Assembly (NCBI RefSeq): GCF_001194135.2
Contig: NC_068985.1
Location: forward strand, 27,067,197-27,131,196
Direction of reading: 5' to 3'
DNA length: 64,000 nucleotides
Source: Octopus bimaculoides
Taxonomy: Eukaryota
In this document: piece after piece, positions 50,719-61,899 of the stretch
How the letters are laid out: each line of letters starts with the position of its first letter
Position numbering within the stretch: the first letter of the stretch is position 1
Translations under genes and position numbers: made by a program
The notes under the pieces: generated by a model
What the model was told of the DNA's origin: nothing
Seen by the model: only the letters and a program-made list of their open reading frames with translations
Databases searched by the model: none

Positions 50719-53374
50719 NNNNNNNNNNNNNNNNNNNNNNNNNNNNNNNNNNNNNNNNNNNNNNNNNNNNNNNNNNNNNNNNNNNNNNNNNNNNNNNNNN
50801 NNNNNNNNNNNNNNNNNNNNNNNNNNNNNNNNNNNNNNNNNNNNNNNNNNNNNNNNNNNNNNNNNNNNNNNNNNNNNNNNNNNNNNNNNNNNNNNNNNNN
50901 NNNNNNNNNNNNNNNNNNNNNNNNNNNNNNNNNNNNNNNNNNNNNNNNNNNNNNNNNNNNNNNNNNNNNNNNNNNNNNNNNNNNNNNNNNNNNNNNNNNN
51001 NNNNNNNNNNNNNNNNNNNNNNNNNNNNNNNNNNNNNNNNNNNNNNNNNNNNNNNNNNNNNNNNNNNNNNNNNNNNNNNNNNNNNNNNNNNNNNNNNNNN
51101 NNNNNNNNNNNNNNNNNNNNNNNNNNNNNNNNNNNNNNNNNNNNNNNNNNNNNNNNNNNNNNNNNNNNNNNNNNNNNNNNNNNNNNNNNNNNNNNNNNNN
51201 NNNNNNNNNNNNNNNNNNNNNNNNNNNNNNNNNNNNNNNNNNNNNNGGGGGGGAACTGTCTAACCTATGCCAGCATGGAGAGTGAACGTTAAATGATGAT
51301 GATGAATGAAAACATAAAAGATATTATGGAACAAGTGCAGCATTATTAGAAATTATAAATGTCAGAATCATTAGCAAGCTGGACAAAATAATTAGTTGGC
51401 ATTGCTTCCAGCTTTAGATTCTGAGTTCAAATTCCACCAAGGTCAACTTTATATTTCATTTTTTTCGGGTTGATAAAATAAGTACCAGTTAAATACTGGA
51501 TCAATGTAATCAACTAGCTCTTTCCCTTAAAATTACTGGCTTTGTGCCAAAATTTGAAACCATTTCTAGAAATTACTCTAGAAACTCAAGTTATCCTCAA
51601 TATTTTATTAAGATCACAAATATGGAAGGTAATGCTTCAGTATTATATTAAATTCTTTGTAATTGTGGGACCAAAATTGGCAGAGGAAGTCAATGGCCCA
51701 AAAACCAAACAGGGGACTGATGAGGATTATGGGGAGAGAAAGAAAATTACAACTAATGTTCTGTATCATTCTGAGCAGGTTGGTATATGCTCCATCTAGT
51801 TGTTTTTCTAAGAGAACCGATAAGGTCCAGGTCTCTGATCCATAGAGAAGGACCGGCTCAATCAGTGTTCTAAATATTTTAACTTTTAATGTGGGTGGAA
51901 GGTTTGAGTGTCAGATCTTATCAACTCTGCATCCCAAGCACGACAGTATTAATAAATGTAGGAACAAAAGGTATGGGACCAGAGGGGTTGAATTTCACTA
52001 GATGAGTTTAAGAAACTGACAACAATTAAGTTAGGTGAGCAAAAGTCAACATGTATTACTTTAAAATACCTCAAGGATCAGTATTAGACCCCAATGGTTC
52101 ATTTAACTTAGTATGTTAATCCTTTAGCATTTAAACCAGCCATATCTGGCCTAAATATTCCACCTGCTTTATGTTCAAACTGGCCAGATCCAGCCTCTCA
52201 CATCTACCATACAATGTCATTCTAAAAATAAGTAATCACATCATTGAAATCTCAAAGTTACAAGATAATGCATGATTAATTCAAAGCAATGTGAATAAAT
52301 AAGCATTACATTTGATAGAGAAATCTGAATGCCAAAAGATTAAATTTACAAAGTTCAAAAATGTCACCATTTATTGTCAGGATTACTGCCAAAAACACCA
52401 ATATGGTCTTGCTAATCTTGACAGTTGATAGTGGTGTGAAAATGTGGAATACACTTTATGGCAATGAAGATACAGGTAATAGAAGAGTGAAGGCATGAAT
52501 AAACAGCAAATTAAAGGTATGGTTAGTTACTGGGTAGCTTAAACAGAAATTTAAGCTATGGAAGGTGCGTTGCTTGAACTAACCTGTCAATTGTAGCAAG
52601 AAAACTGAGTAAACACCAGCTTACCATCCTTTTGCCTTTCAAGATGGTCAAAGAATTTTGTTCGACTTGCAAACAGCCCACCACAATTCGGACAAGCAAC
52701 TAACTTTTGTTGAGTGTGACTCCTTAGGTGTTCACGTAGCTTATGCTTGCTTTTAACATTAGCATCACATCCTATAAAAAGAAAAAAAAAAAAAAAAAAT
52801 TATTTTCAGAAACTACAATTTCAAAAGAAAAAAAGGGAAATTACAAAGGCTAACATTGATTTGGCCAGCATAAACACAGGCTGATCTATTATAAATGTGT
52901 GTGTGTGTGTCTGTGTGAATGAATTTTAATTTACAGTATTTTTAAAGTAGCTTCGAGTGTGGCTGGTATTGTAGGGCAAGAAACATGTAACTAGCAAACA
53001 TATTAAAAAAATTGTTTCCAATTCCCAAATTAAGGCAATTTAATTTATTCACATCGCTAATATCTTTGAGAATGGCACGAACAACACAGTCATTAAGCTG
53101 TTCTTAATAAATTTCTTGCATGTGTTCAAGAAAGAAATCAAACATGGTTTTGAACATAACGTATTTTAAATGAAATTTTTAATCTGTCATCTTGAATGAA
53201 AGCTGAGATTTAAAAAAAAAATCTAAATATTGATGGGTTTAATCCAATAAAATAATCAATATTACCTTCCCACTGGCAAGCACAGCCTCCTTTTAAATTG
53301 TTCCCATTTGGAAAGCTATCAGCATGAAAATCTACATGTCGATAAAAGAATTCCGGATTATCATATACAGCCTA

Positions 53375-53418
<44 letters not shown>

Positions 53419-56400
53419 AATAATGTAAAATATATTAATGTTGTAATCATTGACCTCATTTTGCAATAGTAAGGAAAAAAAAAATGTCATATAATGTATC
53501 TAGGTCAAGTCAAACATATTCCTCCAAACTATACTCATGAAACATTTCTCAATTTTACAGTGCAACTGATGCTTACAGCAGATGGTTTCTACTTTGCAAT
53601 ATAAGTGGACTAAGTCATCTGAGCCACAATTGACCACAATTACAAAATAGTTCAAGCAACAGGATATGAATTGTCGACTTTTCAAGTAATAGTCAACCAA
53701 ACAGGCTACACTTTCGTTGGCACCGACCTAATAGTATTTTAGCTGCTGTCTACTCAAAAATATTTTTATAGTATATCCATAGCATTAAAATGAGATTATA
53801 GTTTAATGTAGGGAAACACATATGCATGGTAACATATCTCTACATTCTCCATAATCATCATCATCCTTCACCCCTATGGTTGGTTGGAACTCCATTGACA
53901 ATCTCTTTCCACACTACACGGTCCTGCATTGCTGTGTTCAGATCTCTAATATCCAGCCCTGAGTACCGACATATAGTATCTACAAATGTCAGTTTCCTGG
54001 AGAAAACACTACCAGAGCAATGCTATAGGAGCAGGGATGAGATAACTTCTTTCTCTGCCAGATGACAGTGACCAGCAAATTGTAGCCGTTTCTGCTTTAG
54101 CTTGAGGGATATTGGTATCAGATCTCCGTAGATGTCACTAAGTGTTGGGTGTGATCTCCAACTGATGTTGTGTATCTTTTTGAGCAGGTTGGTATATTTT
54201 CCGTCTAATTGTTTTTCTAAGACAGCCGATAAGGTCCAGCTCAATCAGTGTTCTAAATATTTTAACTTTTAACATGGGTGAAAGGTATGAGTGTCAGATC
54301 TTATTAAGACTGTTACATGCATCCCAAGCAAGAGCTTTGCAGATGCAAAAGTCCTTTTAGGAGTCTACTGTGTGTGATCCAAGATATTTGAAGTTGTCAA
54401 CGTTTTTGATTAATATATTACTGAGTGATTTAAGTTCAGGTAACTTGGAGGAGGTCGTGATAAACTCTGTCTTACTCTCATTGCAGTAAAGGCTGACCTG
54501 GTTTGCTGCTTTCTCCAGTGCTTGTAACAAAGATTCTGCATCTTTAACCCTTTAGCATTCAAACCGGCCATATCAGGCCAAAATATTTGGCCTGTTTTCT
54601 ATTGAAACTGACCGAGTCTGGCTCTTCGCCTCATCCTTACAATATCATTCTAAAACTAGACAATCACATCATTGAAATCTCTTAACTACAAGATAATGCA
54701 TCATTAATTCAAAACAATATAAATAAACAAACATTACATTTGACAGAATAATCTGAATGCTAAAGGGTTAATTAATACAATGGAGTATCAAAGCAAGATC
54801 GTCAGCAAAGTCAAGACCAATTAAATATTGTGCACAATGCCAACTGCTCTGGCGGAGTTTCAAAAGGAGTCCCTTTTCCTCCATACCGTCTAGGGAAATG
54901 CGCAGAACATAGTCAATAACAATGATGAACAAGAAAGGAGCGAATGTGTCACTCTGCAGAACATCTGCTTCAATTTCAAAGGAATCAGTGTCTCCATCAG
55001 GAAATATAACTGTGGCAGTGGTGTTTGTGTAAAGCGCTCTGACAGCATCAACAATCCTGGGAGGAATACCACAGAATGCAAGGATTTTAGACATAAGATC
55101 TCTGCTGATGGAATCAAATGCTTTGGGAAAGTTGACAAAACAGATTGTGACGCTCTTGTTAAACCTTTTTAAGGTCCAGTATGCGATGGAGAGGATTTGA
55201 GCATTTGTTGACCGGCCCCTTCTAAATCGGTTCATATCTTAATAAATTGAACAATAATGAAAGCTTACCCCACAATGAGTCCAGCCACATTGTAGGCATT
55301 CAGGTAAATCTGGTATTAAGTTACAGCTCTGGCCATCTAGTGTGCATGCATGTAATTCAAGGTTTTTTACTAACATGCTACCAATACATTTAATCTTTGT
55401 GTGGAATGCATGGAAGAAAACATGTCGTGTGTAGTCTGATATATGTCCAATAACAGCAACATCACAGTTTCGCCATTTACAGTTGAAGCAGCCAAGCACT
55501 AGAAATAGAGAAAAATTTATTTGAAAAAAAATGGGATTTTATTTACATCAACATATCAAAAACTTTTGAGCATGAATGCAGGCTGTTTATCTAGTCCATG
55601 TCAACAGTCTGTGCTGCTTCAGATTTCTCTTATTTTTAACCTGTTCATTAATCAAACATTTTCCTTTTTAGGTAATACTGAGAATCAACTGTCTTATTCA
55701 CATAAAAACATTCAATTGGCACGTGTAAAGACATTCGAGCGAGATCATGCCAGTGCCGCTGGACTGGCTCCTGTGCAGGTGGCACGTAAAATACACCATT
55801 TTGAGCGTGGCCGTTGCCAGTACCGCCTGACTGGCCTTCGTGCTGGTGGCACGTAAAAGCACCCACTACACTCTTGGAGTGGTTGACGTTAGGAAGGGCA
55901 TCCAGCTGTAGAAACTCTGCCAAATCAGATTGGAGCCTGGTGTAGCCATCTGGTTCACCAGTCCTCAGTCAAATTGTCCAACCCATGCTAGCATGGAAAG
56001 CGGACGATAAACAATGATGATGATGATGATGAAGCATAAGTGTAAACATCCCTCATCATCTGGATTGGCAGCAGTAACAATTCATAACACTAGCCTAAAC
56101 CATTTAGTCATATTTCCAAGTCTAGGAAAGCCTTAAAAACTATTGCTACACTCAGAATAACAGCAAAAATGTTTATGACTTGGTTAACAAAGGGAAGAAT
56201 AATATCAAAGAGGATCAAATGAATGTATCCATTTCCTTTCTAACCACTGTTTTATTAGCACTTGTCTTAACTTCTTTTCATGGGTGACACATGAGGTTTC
56301 TCGAGCGAGATGAGCGTGGCCTTTGCCAGTACCGCCTGACTGGCCTTCGTGCGGGTGACACGTAAAAGCATCCACTACACTCTCTGAGTGGTTGGCTTTT

Positions 56401-57182
56401 AGGAAGGGCATCCAGCTGTAGAAACACTGCCAAATCAGATTGGAGCCTGGTGTAGCTATCTGGTTTCACCAGTCCTCAGTCAAATCGTCCAACCCATGCT
56501 AGCATGGAAAGCGGACGTTAAACGACGACGACAATACGTAGGATTTTCGAGCGAGATCGTTGCCAGTGCCCCTGTACTGGCTCTTGTGCGGGTGGCACAT
56601 AAAAGACACCATTTCGAGCGTGGCCGTTTTCGTGCGGGTGACACGTAAAAGCACCCACTACACTCTCTGAGTGGTTGGCGTTAGGAAGGGCATCCAGCTG
56701 TAGAAACTCTGCCAAATTAGATTGGAGCCTGGTGTTGCCATCCGGTTTCACCAGTCCTCATTCAAATCGTCCAACCCATGCTAGCATGGAAAGCGGACGT
56801 TAAACAATGATGATGATGAGTGCTAATATAGTCAAGAGGCACAATTAACAGAATCAGCCAAAGTACATTACTAGTACTGCATTATTCACCTTGAAAGATG
56901 AACAGCAACTTACACAAGATAAAAACAATTTCAAAACTAAATACTGTGAAGACATTCGTATAGTGCTCTGCTGTTTCTACAAGCTTATTAATTAGAATCT
57001 ATACTATACTGACCTTGTTCTGGAGGTGTTACACTACTTAGTAAAGTGGTGAGGTGTTCAGAGAGGTGTTTGATGAATTTCTCCATCTCATTAGTGACAA
57101 ACTGACACTCTTGCCATTCACATGGTAGATCAAGAAACCGAGGGTTAACTGGAACAATGCTGGAGGTTTTTTTGGGTGGCAT
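40113..57182 (-). CDS. HINFP: Histone H4 transcription factor HINFP/MIZF (multi-C2H2 zinc finger), 9 coding exons, 478 aa: complement(join(40113..40437,42910..43034,44332..44467,45703..45823,47590..47667,52625..52771,53266..53371,55269..55498,57014..57182))
   Basis: Exons translate to family hallmarks: [75 protein letters not shown], and the C-terminal PSGYSRFRY...[13 protein letters not shown] motif. All GT-AG; phases 1,0,1,1,1,2,0,2; total 1437 nt open. Confidence 0.95.
40569..41460 (-). mobile_element. Young 5'-truncated RTE LINE in the last HINFP intron (gap inside)
   Basis: Uninterrupted [31 protein letters not shown]...[18 protein letters not shown], then after the gap a CpG-intact 3' UTR. 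Confidence 0.9.
42910..43034 (-). CDS. HINFP: HINFP coding exon 8 (125 nt)
   Basis: tttcag|GGT ATC ... TTT CG|gtaatt; [24 protein letters not shown]. Confidence 0.95.
44332..44467 (-). CDS. HINFP: HINFP coding exon 7 (136 nt)
   Basis: ctcttag|G AGT AAA ... CAT CAG|gtcagt; [15 protein letters not shown]...HYQKTH. Confidence 0.93.
45345..45650 (+). mobile_element. RTE LINE 3' UTR copy abutting the HINFP exon 6 donor region
   Basis: Same tail motifs ending in (GAT)n. An older copy retaining RGKPRKTWD sequence lies at 46310-46685. Confidence 0.8.
45703..45823 (-). CDS. HINFP: HINFP coding exon 6 (121 nt)
   Basis: ctgttag|TG AAC TGT ... TAC AG|gtgagc; [24 protein letters not shown]. Confidence 0.95.
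47590..47667 (-). CDS. HINFP: HINFP coding exon 5 (78 nt)
   Basis: ttttccag|TT CAG TGT ... CAT G|gtaaga; [23 protein letters not shown]. Confidence 0.95.
48008..48432. mobile_element. Head-to-head inverted pair of the tRNA/hammerhead element (arms about 205 bp, spacer about 12 nt)
   Basis: cttggggttaa-tagcccacgctc-ttaaccccaag centre; CTGAAGA cores at 48097-48091 (-) and 48346-48352 (+). Confidence 0.8.
49325..50056 (+). mobile_element. hAT (Charlie/SPIN-like, GTF2IRD2-related) transposase 3' remnant with right end
   Basis: [10 protein letters not shown]...[17 protein letters not shown]...FY, then a 1-nt frameshift to [19 protein letters not shown]...RTRLTD.HL...L (hAT dimerisation domain), stop at 49795-49797, TIR-like aagttgccaaccctag. 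Confidence 0.85.
51775..51990 (-). mobile_element. Second fragment of the LINE at 53848-55235
   Basis: gcaggttggtata...gataaggtccag...ctcaatcagtgttctaaatattttaac is shared with 54184-54330. Confidence 0.7.
52117..52345. mobile_element. Older copy of the piggyBac-type MITE
   Basis: ttaatcctttagcatttaaacc ... ctgaatgccaaaagattaa; body matches 54548-54767. Other partial copies at about 20160-20330, 26465-26550, 39030-39246. Confidence 0.7.
52625..52771 (-). CDS. HINFP: HINFP coding exon 4 (147 nt)
   Basis: tttatag|GA TGT GAT ... GAT G|gtaagc; [22 protein letters not shown]. Confidence 0.95.
53266..53371 (-). CDS. HINFP: HINFP coding exon 3 (106 nt)
   Basis: poly-T gtag|GCT GTA TAT GAT AAT CCG ... 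TGG GAA G|gtaat; [16 protein letters not shown]. Confidence 0.93.
53848..55235 (-). mobile_element. 5'-truncated RTE-group LINE (second family) in HINFP intron, interrupted by a MITE
   Basis: [27 protein letters not shown]-like [23 protein letters not shown]-terminal [10 protein letters not shown]...RLQFAGHC; (GAT) tail near 53850. Confidence 0.85.
54548..54767. mobile_element. piggyBac-type MITE, 220 bp, TTAA TSD, nested in a LINE
   Basis: TTAA-CCCTTTAGCATTCA ... TGAATGCTAAAGGG-TTAA. Confidence 0.9.
55269..55498 (-). CDS. HINFP: HINFP coding exon 2 (230 nt)
   Basis: ttctag|TG CTT GGC TGC ... TGT GGG|gtaagc; CKWRNC...RHVFFH. Confidence 0.93.
55720..56820 (+). mobile_element. Three young RTE 3' UTR copies (about 55720-56030, 56300-56530, 56545-56820) in HINFP coding intron 1
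   Basis: CpG-intact tails with CCATGCTAGCATGG and (GAT)/(GAC) ends. Confidence 0.85.
57014..57182 (-). CDS. HINFP: HINFP coding exon 1 (exon starts at 57192 with 10 nt of 5' UTR)
   Basis: Acceptor ttgcag| at 57193-57194, ATG at 57182, donor CAAG|gtcagt. Confidence 0.9.
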
Positions 57183-57749
57183 TTTAATAAATCTGCAATT
57201 TCAAAGATATTTCTAACAAGATATATTTTATAGCAATGAGGTTATAAATGTAATCATAAACATTGGTACAATAGAACAGAGACAGAAAAAAAAAAGTTAA
57301 AAAATAATTATTTAATGTTTATGCTCAATATATAGAAATTAATTAGCCAACATTTTCATTTAATCATCAATGCAATTTTTGTCCTCAGAAACAAATATGT
57401 TTCTTTTTTTAAGCCATTCTTGTAATTTTCCCCATGTAAAGGCAATATGAAAGTTGTGAATTTGCAGAATTGCTACAACATTAGACAAAAAGATACCTTG
57501 CAATTTTTGTTCTGGCCCTTTGGGTTCAAATCCTGCCAAAATCAATTTTGATTTTCATCCTTTCAGGAGTGATGAAATGAAGTAGTAATCCAAGATAGTG
57601 GATTGGCAACATTATTCCAGCTCTTTGAATTCTTAGCAGCCAAACAGGGAGTTTGGGCTAAACTTGACAGTTTGCATAAAGGAAAAGAAAACACAATATC
57701 CCCTCCAATAATAAAAGTTTTTTTTTTTTTTTAAATCAAAAAATATCAA

Positions 57750-58310
57750 CTAGATTATGGCTGGAAGATAACAGTACTCGAAGTAGCCACTCTCAGTTTC
57801 CACCACAGCCTCAAGATGGCTCTGGAACCTGGCACATGAATTCCTCACTGCATCCCTGGGAAGTTCTTCAAACATCTTGATCTTGGTACCCAGCTTGTGT
57901 GTGGGGTATGGTTATACTCCACGCACAGCTCCACATAGCCGTTTGAACTGAGCCTAAAACCCTGGTTAAAGATGTGGGGATGAATTCTGGCATGTGGATG
58001 CAATCAGAACACCTGCTATGTATGTCCCTTCCTGCTGGTCACGGCTTTGTAGACTCAGTTGCTGTAGTCCATGTCACATCTTACAGCCTTTACAGTGTTC
58101 ACAAAGCATTGAGCAGCAGGCATTTCGATACCTGGCATGAATCATCATGATACAGATAGCTCTTTTCCAATATTTAGACAGCTTCCAGTCCTCCATGTCA
58201 AGCTGACTTTTCCTCAACTACAACTTTAATCTTTATACTCTCCAAGATTATTGACTGTTCACCAATACTTCAAATTGTTTCTGAAACAGCTGACAAATTA
58301 GTATCTTATA
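57750..58310 (-). mobile_element. Old Tc1/mariner transposase fossil (C-terminal)
   Basis: Minus-strand fragment ...KMFEELPRDAVRNSCARFQSHLEAVVETESGY resembles the Tc1/maT C-terminus (R..C..F..RLEAVV...G.Y). Confidence 0.5.
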
Positions 58311-58419
58311 AAAAAAATACACCCAAAGGGAGGTGGTGCCCCAGCATGGCTGCAGCCAAATGACTGAAACAAATAAAAGAATAAAAAGCAGACAATAAAA
58401 TGCTATGTTTATATTCTAC

Positions 58420-58900
58420 TAGGAAAATTCCATGACAAGCATGTAGAACTTGTGAAGGAAGTCACCAGAAATCTTTGTCAACCTGAACGCACAAAAGGAA
58501 CAGCAATTTCTCAATCTTAAACCTATTACAATGCACAAATTAAGCCCACAATAGAGTACTGCCCCTACACCCAAGACAGTGCTGTTGCTACACATACAGA
58601 CATCATTGACTACATCTTGACAAGGTCTACTCAACTATGTATTTAATCACCATGGACACACTGCAGCCTCTGGCACACAGGTGTGCTCTATACTCTGTTC
58701 TACTGCTGTTACATCAGCCTCTGTTCCTTAGAACTAGCAGGTCTCGTACCTTCACTGATCATCTTTCTCTCTTTTATCATACCTGATGTGTTGTTCAACC
58801 CTCTCAGCCCTGTACTAACCATTTATGCGCAATCCTTTCTTCCCAGAACATTAACCCTCTGCAATCTTCCCTTGCTTATGTCTAGCTTCTATAATGTGAA
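58420..58900 (+). mobile_element. CR1/Jockey-group LINE 3' fossil
   Basis: LYTLFYCCYISLCSLELAGLVP and TNHYAQSFLPRTLTLCNLP resemble L.LFYRY..G.CS.EL and SF.PRT...WN.LP. Confidence 0.5.
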
Positions 58901-59569
58901 GTAAGGAGACTGGGGAGAGTTTATCCAAATCAAAACATGCCAGATCAAACTCACTGCAGAACAATTTACTTTACATTGCCTTGCGTCACCTAAGCTATCA
59001 GGAATGGGTACCGTTTGAAGACATACACACGCTTGTGTGCATGGGTACTACGCAGATAATTTCAGTTCCTAAGTGTTTTTCAAATCAAGACTTATTTTCT
59101 AAAACAATTTTACTAAGCTTAGCAAGCACAACAGAATAAAAACGATTTAACGTACAGCACAATTTGACCGATTACTTGGGGTTATATTTGTCAACATTTT
59201 TTATGCGAACCTGCCTGAGATCGACTCTGACTAAAAAACTTGCGTTTAATGTGCTTGCATTTCAACCAAAAACTCTCCATCATAATGAAGATAAATATTG
59301 TACAAATCTTTTCAAATTTGATCAAAACACAGACTACTTCGCTGGAAATATTGTTACGAAATGCATAGCTGTCACACATTCCCGCTAGAAAAATATAAAA
59401 AAAAAAAAAAGAATGTATTGTGTCCATATAAGAAACGAGATTATAAAGTGTAGTTTGTTGACAACTTGTAAATGCGATATGGTCATGAAGAGAAGCTTAG
59501 AAAACTTAAAAGGAAAAACCAGAGTTCAAATTTAATTTTTCTCTTTTATTGAAGAAGATATCGAAGTTT

Positions 59570-59763
59570 GGTACTACTAAAGCAGCGCGGACCCGAACGC
59601 GCAGTCGCGCGTCCGCGCTAGCTAGTCTTGNNNNNNNNNNNNNNNNNNNTGAGTGGTCGATCCTAACCCTAACCCGCGTGTGCAAATGAATACGTGTTTA
59701 GGGTTAGGGAGCTAGCCCGGACGCGCGACTGCGCGTTCGGGTCCGCGCTGCTTTAGTAGTACC
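59570..59763. mobile_element. CpG-rich MITE with 54-bp TIRs, 9-bp TSD and internal telomeric repeats (Merlin- or Mutator-like)
   Basis: TCGAAGTTT at 59561-59569 and 59764-59772. TIR GGTACTACTAAAGCAGCGCGGACCCGAACGCGCAGTCGCGCGTCCG(C/G)GCTAGCT, 1 mismatch. CCTAACCCTAACCC and TTAGGGTTAGGG inside; 20-N gap inside. Confidence 0.88.
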
Positions 59764-61899
59764 TCGAAGTTTTACGTCAAGTGATCATCCAAATTCCTCT
59801 TTTATCGTGATTTATCTAGATATGTCATAGAGCAAAGACAGAAAACTTCCTTCCATTTGTTCTGGATAAAGCAGCTGTTTATGAAAATAGTATCATAAGA
59901 AATGCGAAACTGGTGCGTGTGTGTCAACACGCATTCCAATAAAGTGAGAAATAAATAAACAGACGGGCTGATATATTATGTGTGTAAATAAATGTTTCCC
60001 CTGGTACAAACACAGCTTGTGATTTGAACTAATGTGGCGGGCAACGCTAGTGGTTTCGTCCTCCTACTGGAACAACCTACGCCATTAGTATTCTGGGGAA
60101 AATCATGTATCTCACAACTTCTCATCTATCTATTTTCCTTTATAGCTAAAGCGTAAACAATTGTAATTTCTAAAACCTACAAAATCTAACGTACAGTAGA
60201 TTTTTAATTTATCATTACTTTTACTGTCAGAGTATGAGAAAATATAAATACCAAAGTAAGATAGAAGCAAGTCCAAAATAAGTACAGCCTAGATATTTCG
60301 GTTAAGAAAGGATGTAAGGGAAGTGTTTGTGTGATAACATGAGACAGGGAGCAAGGTGTCTAAATTAGGGAATGATGAATATAGGACGAACACCACATCG
60401 GGTGGGTGTATGTGGTGAATGTGAAGGTATGACAACTTGTGGAATATGAGATATGTGAAAACGAAAAAGTTTCGTCGATGATTACAGAAATTAAGGCCTC
60501 TGTTTTGTTTTTTAAAAGAAAGTGCAGCTGTTTTCGAAGAAAAATTATTTTGAAAAATAAAGCACACACACAGATTATATATAAGCGACACACACACTAT
60601 ATATATAGGGGAAAGGGAGAGAGATTGGGGTACTCTTGAGCTAGATAATCAAGAGAAAAGAAGAGAAACAAATCCCAAGATCAACAGAAGCAGGTTGTTG
60701 CGAAGAACCTGTCTACCAATATCACTAGTCTACTTTGTTGTTAGCATGATCGAGAGGGATAACAATAGTTTAAACCATAGTGGTGTCCCGAGTCATAACG
60801 TACGGCTTGCTATTTTACCCAGAAGCTACCTATAAAATAATATATTGTGATCTACAAGACTGGTTCAGATATTCTAGATGGAAGTCAAATGAAAGTAAAG
60901 ATATGCAAGTAATGGCGTTAACTAGTGAAATACGTTATTCTAAGATCGCATATAAAAGGAAATATTAAAAAAGATATGCAGCGATGTTTCACGTTTACAT
61001 CTGGAAAAATAATAAAATGTCGAAATGAGAAAAAAAAATGTAAAAGAACGCTTCTAAAATTGTATAACTACAGATGTGTATACAAAGGAAATTAGAGGAA
61101 AATACATGGCAAATAGGAACACCATATGAACAAAAGCTACGACTACAAAGCTTCAGGATGAATACATAAATATATTTAAGACAGTAAATCGCAAGGATGA
61201 TGTCTAAGATTCTGCTTCTAAATAAAGTGTTAACGAAGTAGAATTTAAAGTGTGTGCATCATAATAATAGGAAGGTTGTAAAAAATACTCACAAAAGAAA
61301 TGATGGTGCTTGTTGTCAGGAGACGATGGGATAATACAGGGAGATAACCCGGACTTATGAAAAGCGCGAAATACCTAAGTTACAAGGTGGCGGTTTCCAA
61401 GAAACATCTTAATTACTGATTTATTCTACCGTTCATTTACTATGTCTCACAGTTTATATTAAATGACAGTTGATTGGTTTGATATTAATTTAAGCAATTA
61501 TATTTACATGTAATTTTTGCTATTAATCACGAACATCTAAACTATTTGTTAGAAATTGAAGTCTGGGGAATGATGGGTAGCCAAGCGAATTGAAACTAAT
61601 AAGGTTTGTATTTGGCAAATTTGGACAACGAAGAAAGATAACTGAATTTTGTTTTATTGAAGAATGGTTATTTATTTTATATGTCAATTTCCAGTTTTGA
61701 AAAGTCTTTCGAAATGATACTTGTCTAATGACTGGCATCCTGCACGCTTGATTCTTCCAACGATTTTTTGTTATCCAATAACGTATACATTTTAAAATGT
61801 AGTCTTAGAAAAACACTTATTTCTGATTTGAAAATGCATAATATTGCAGTATCATTCACACAAACGTTGAAATCCATTAAATTTCTCTAGTTTTCTTTA

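Noticed and set aside
59660-59712. Telomere or chromosome-fusion scar
   Set aside because: Only about two TTAGGG units per side, enclosed by TIRs and a TSD, so part of a MITE.
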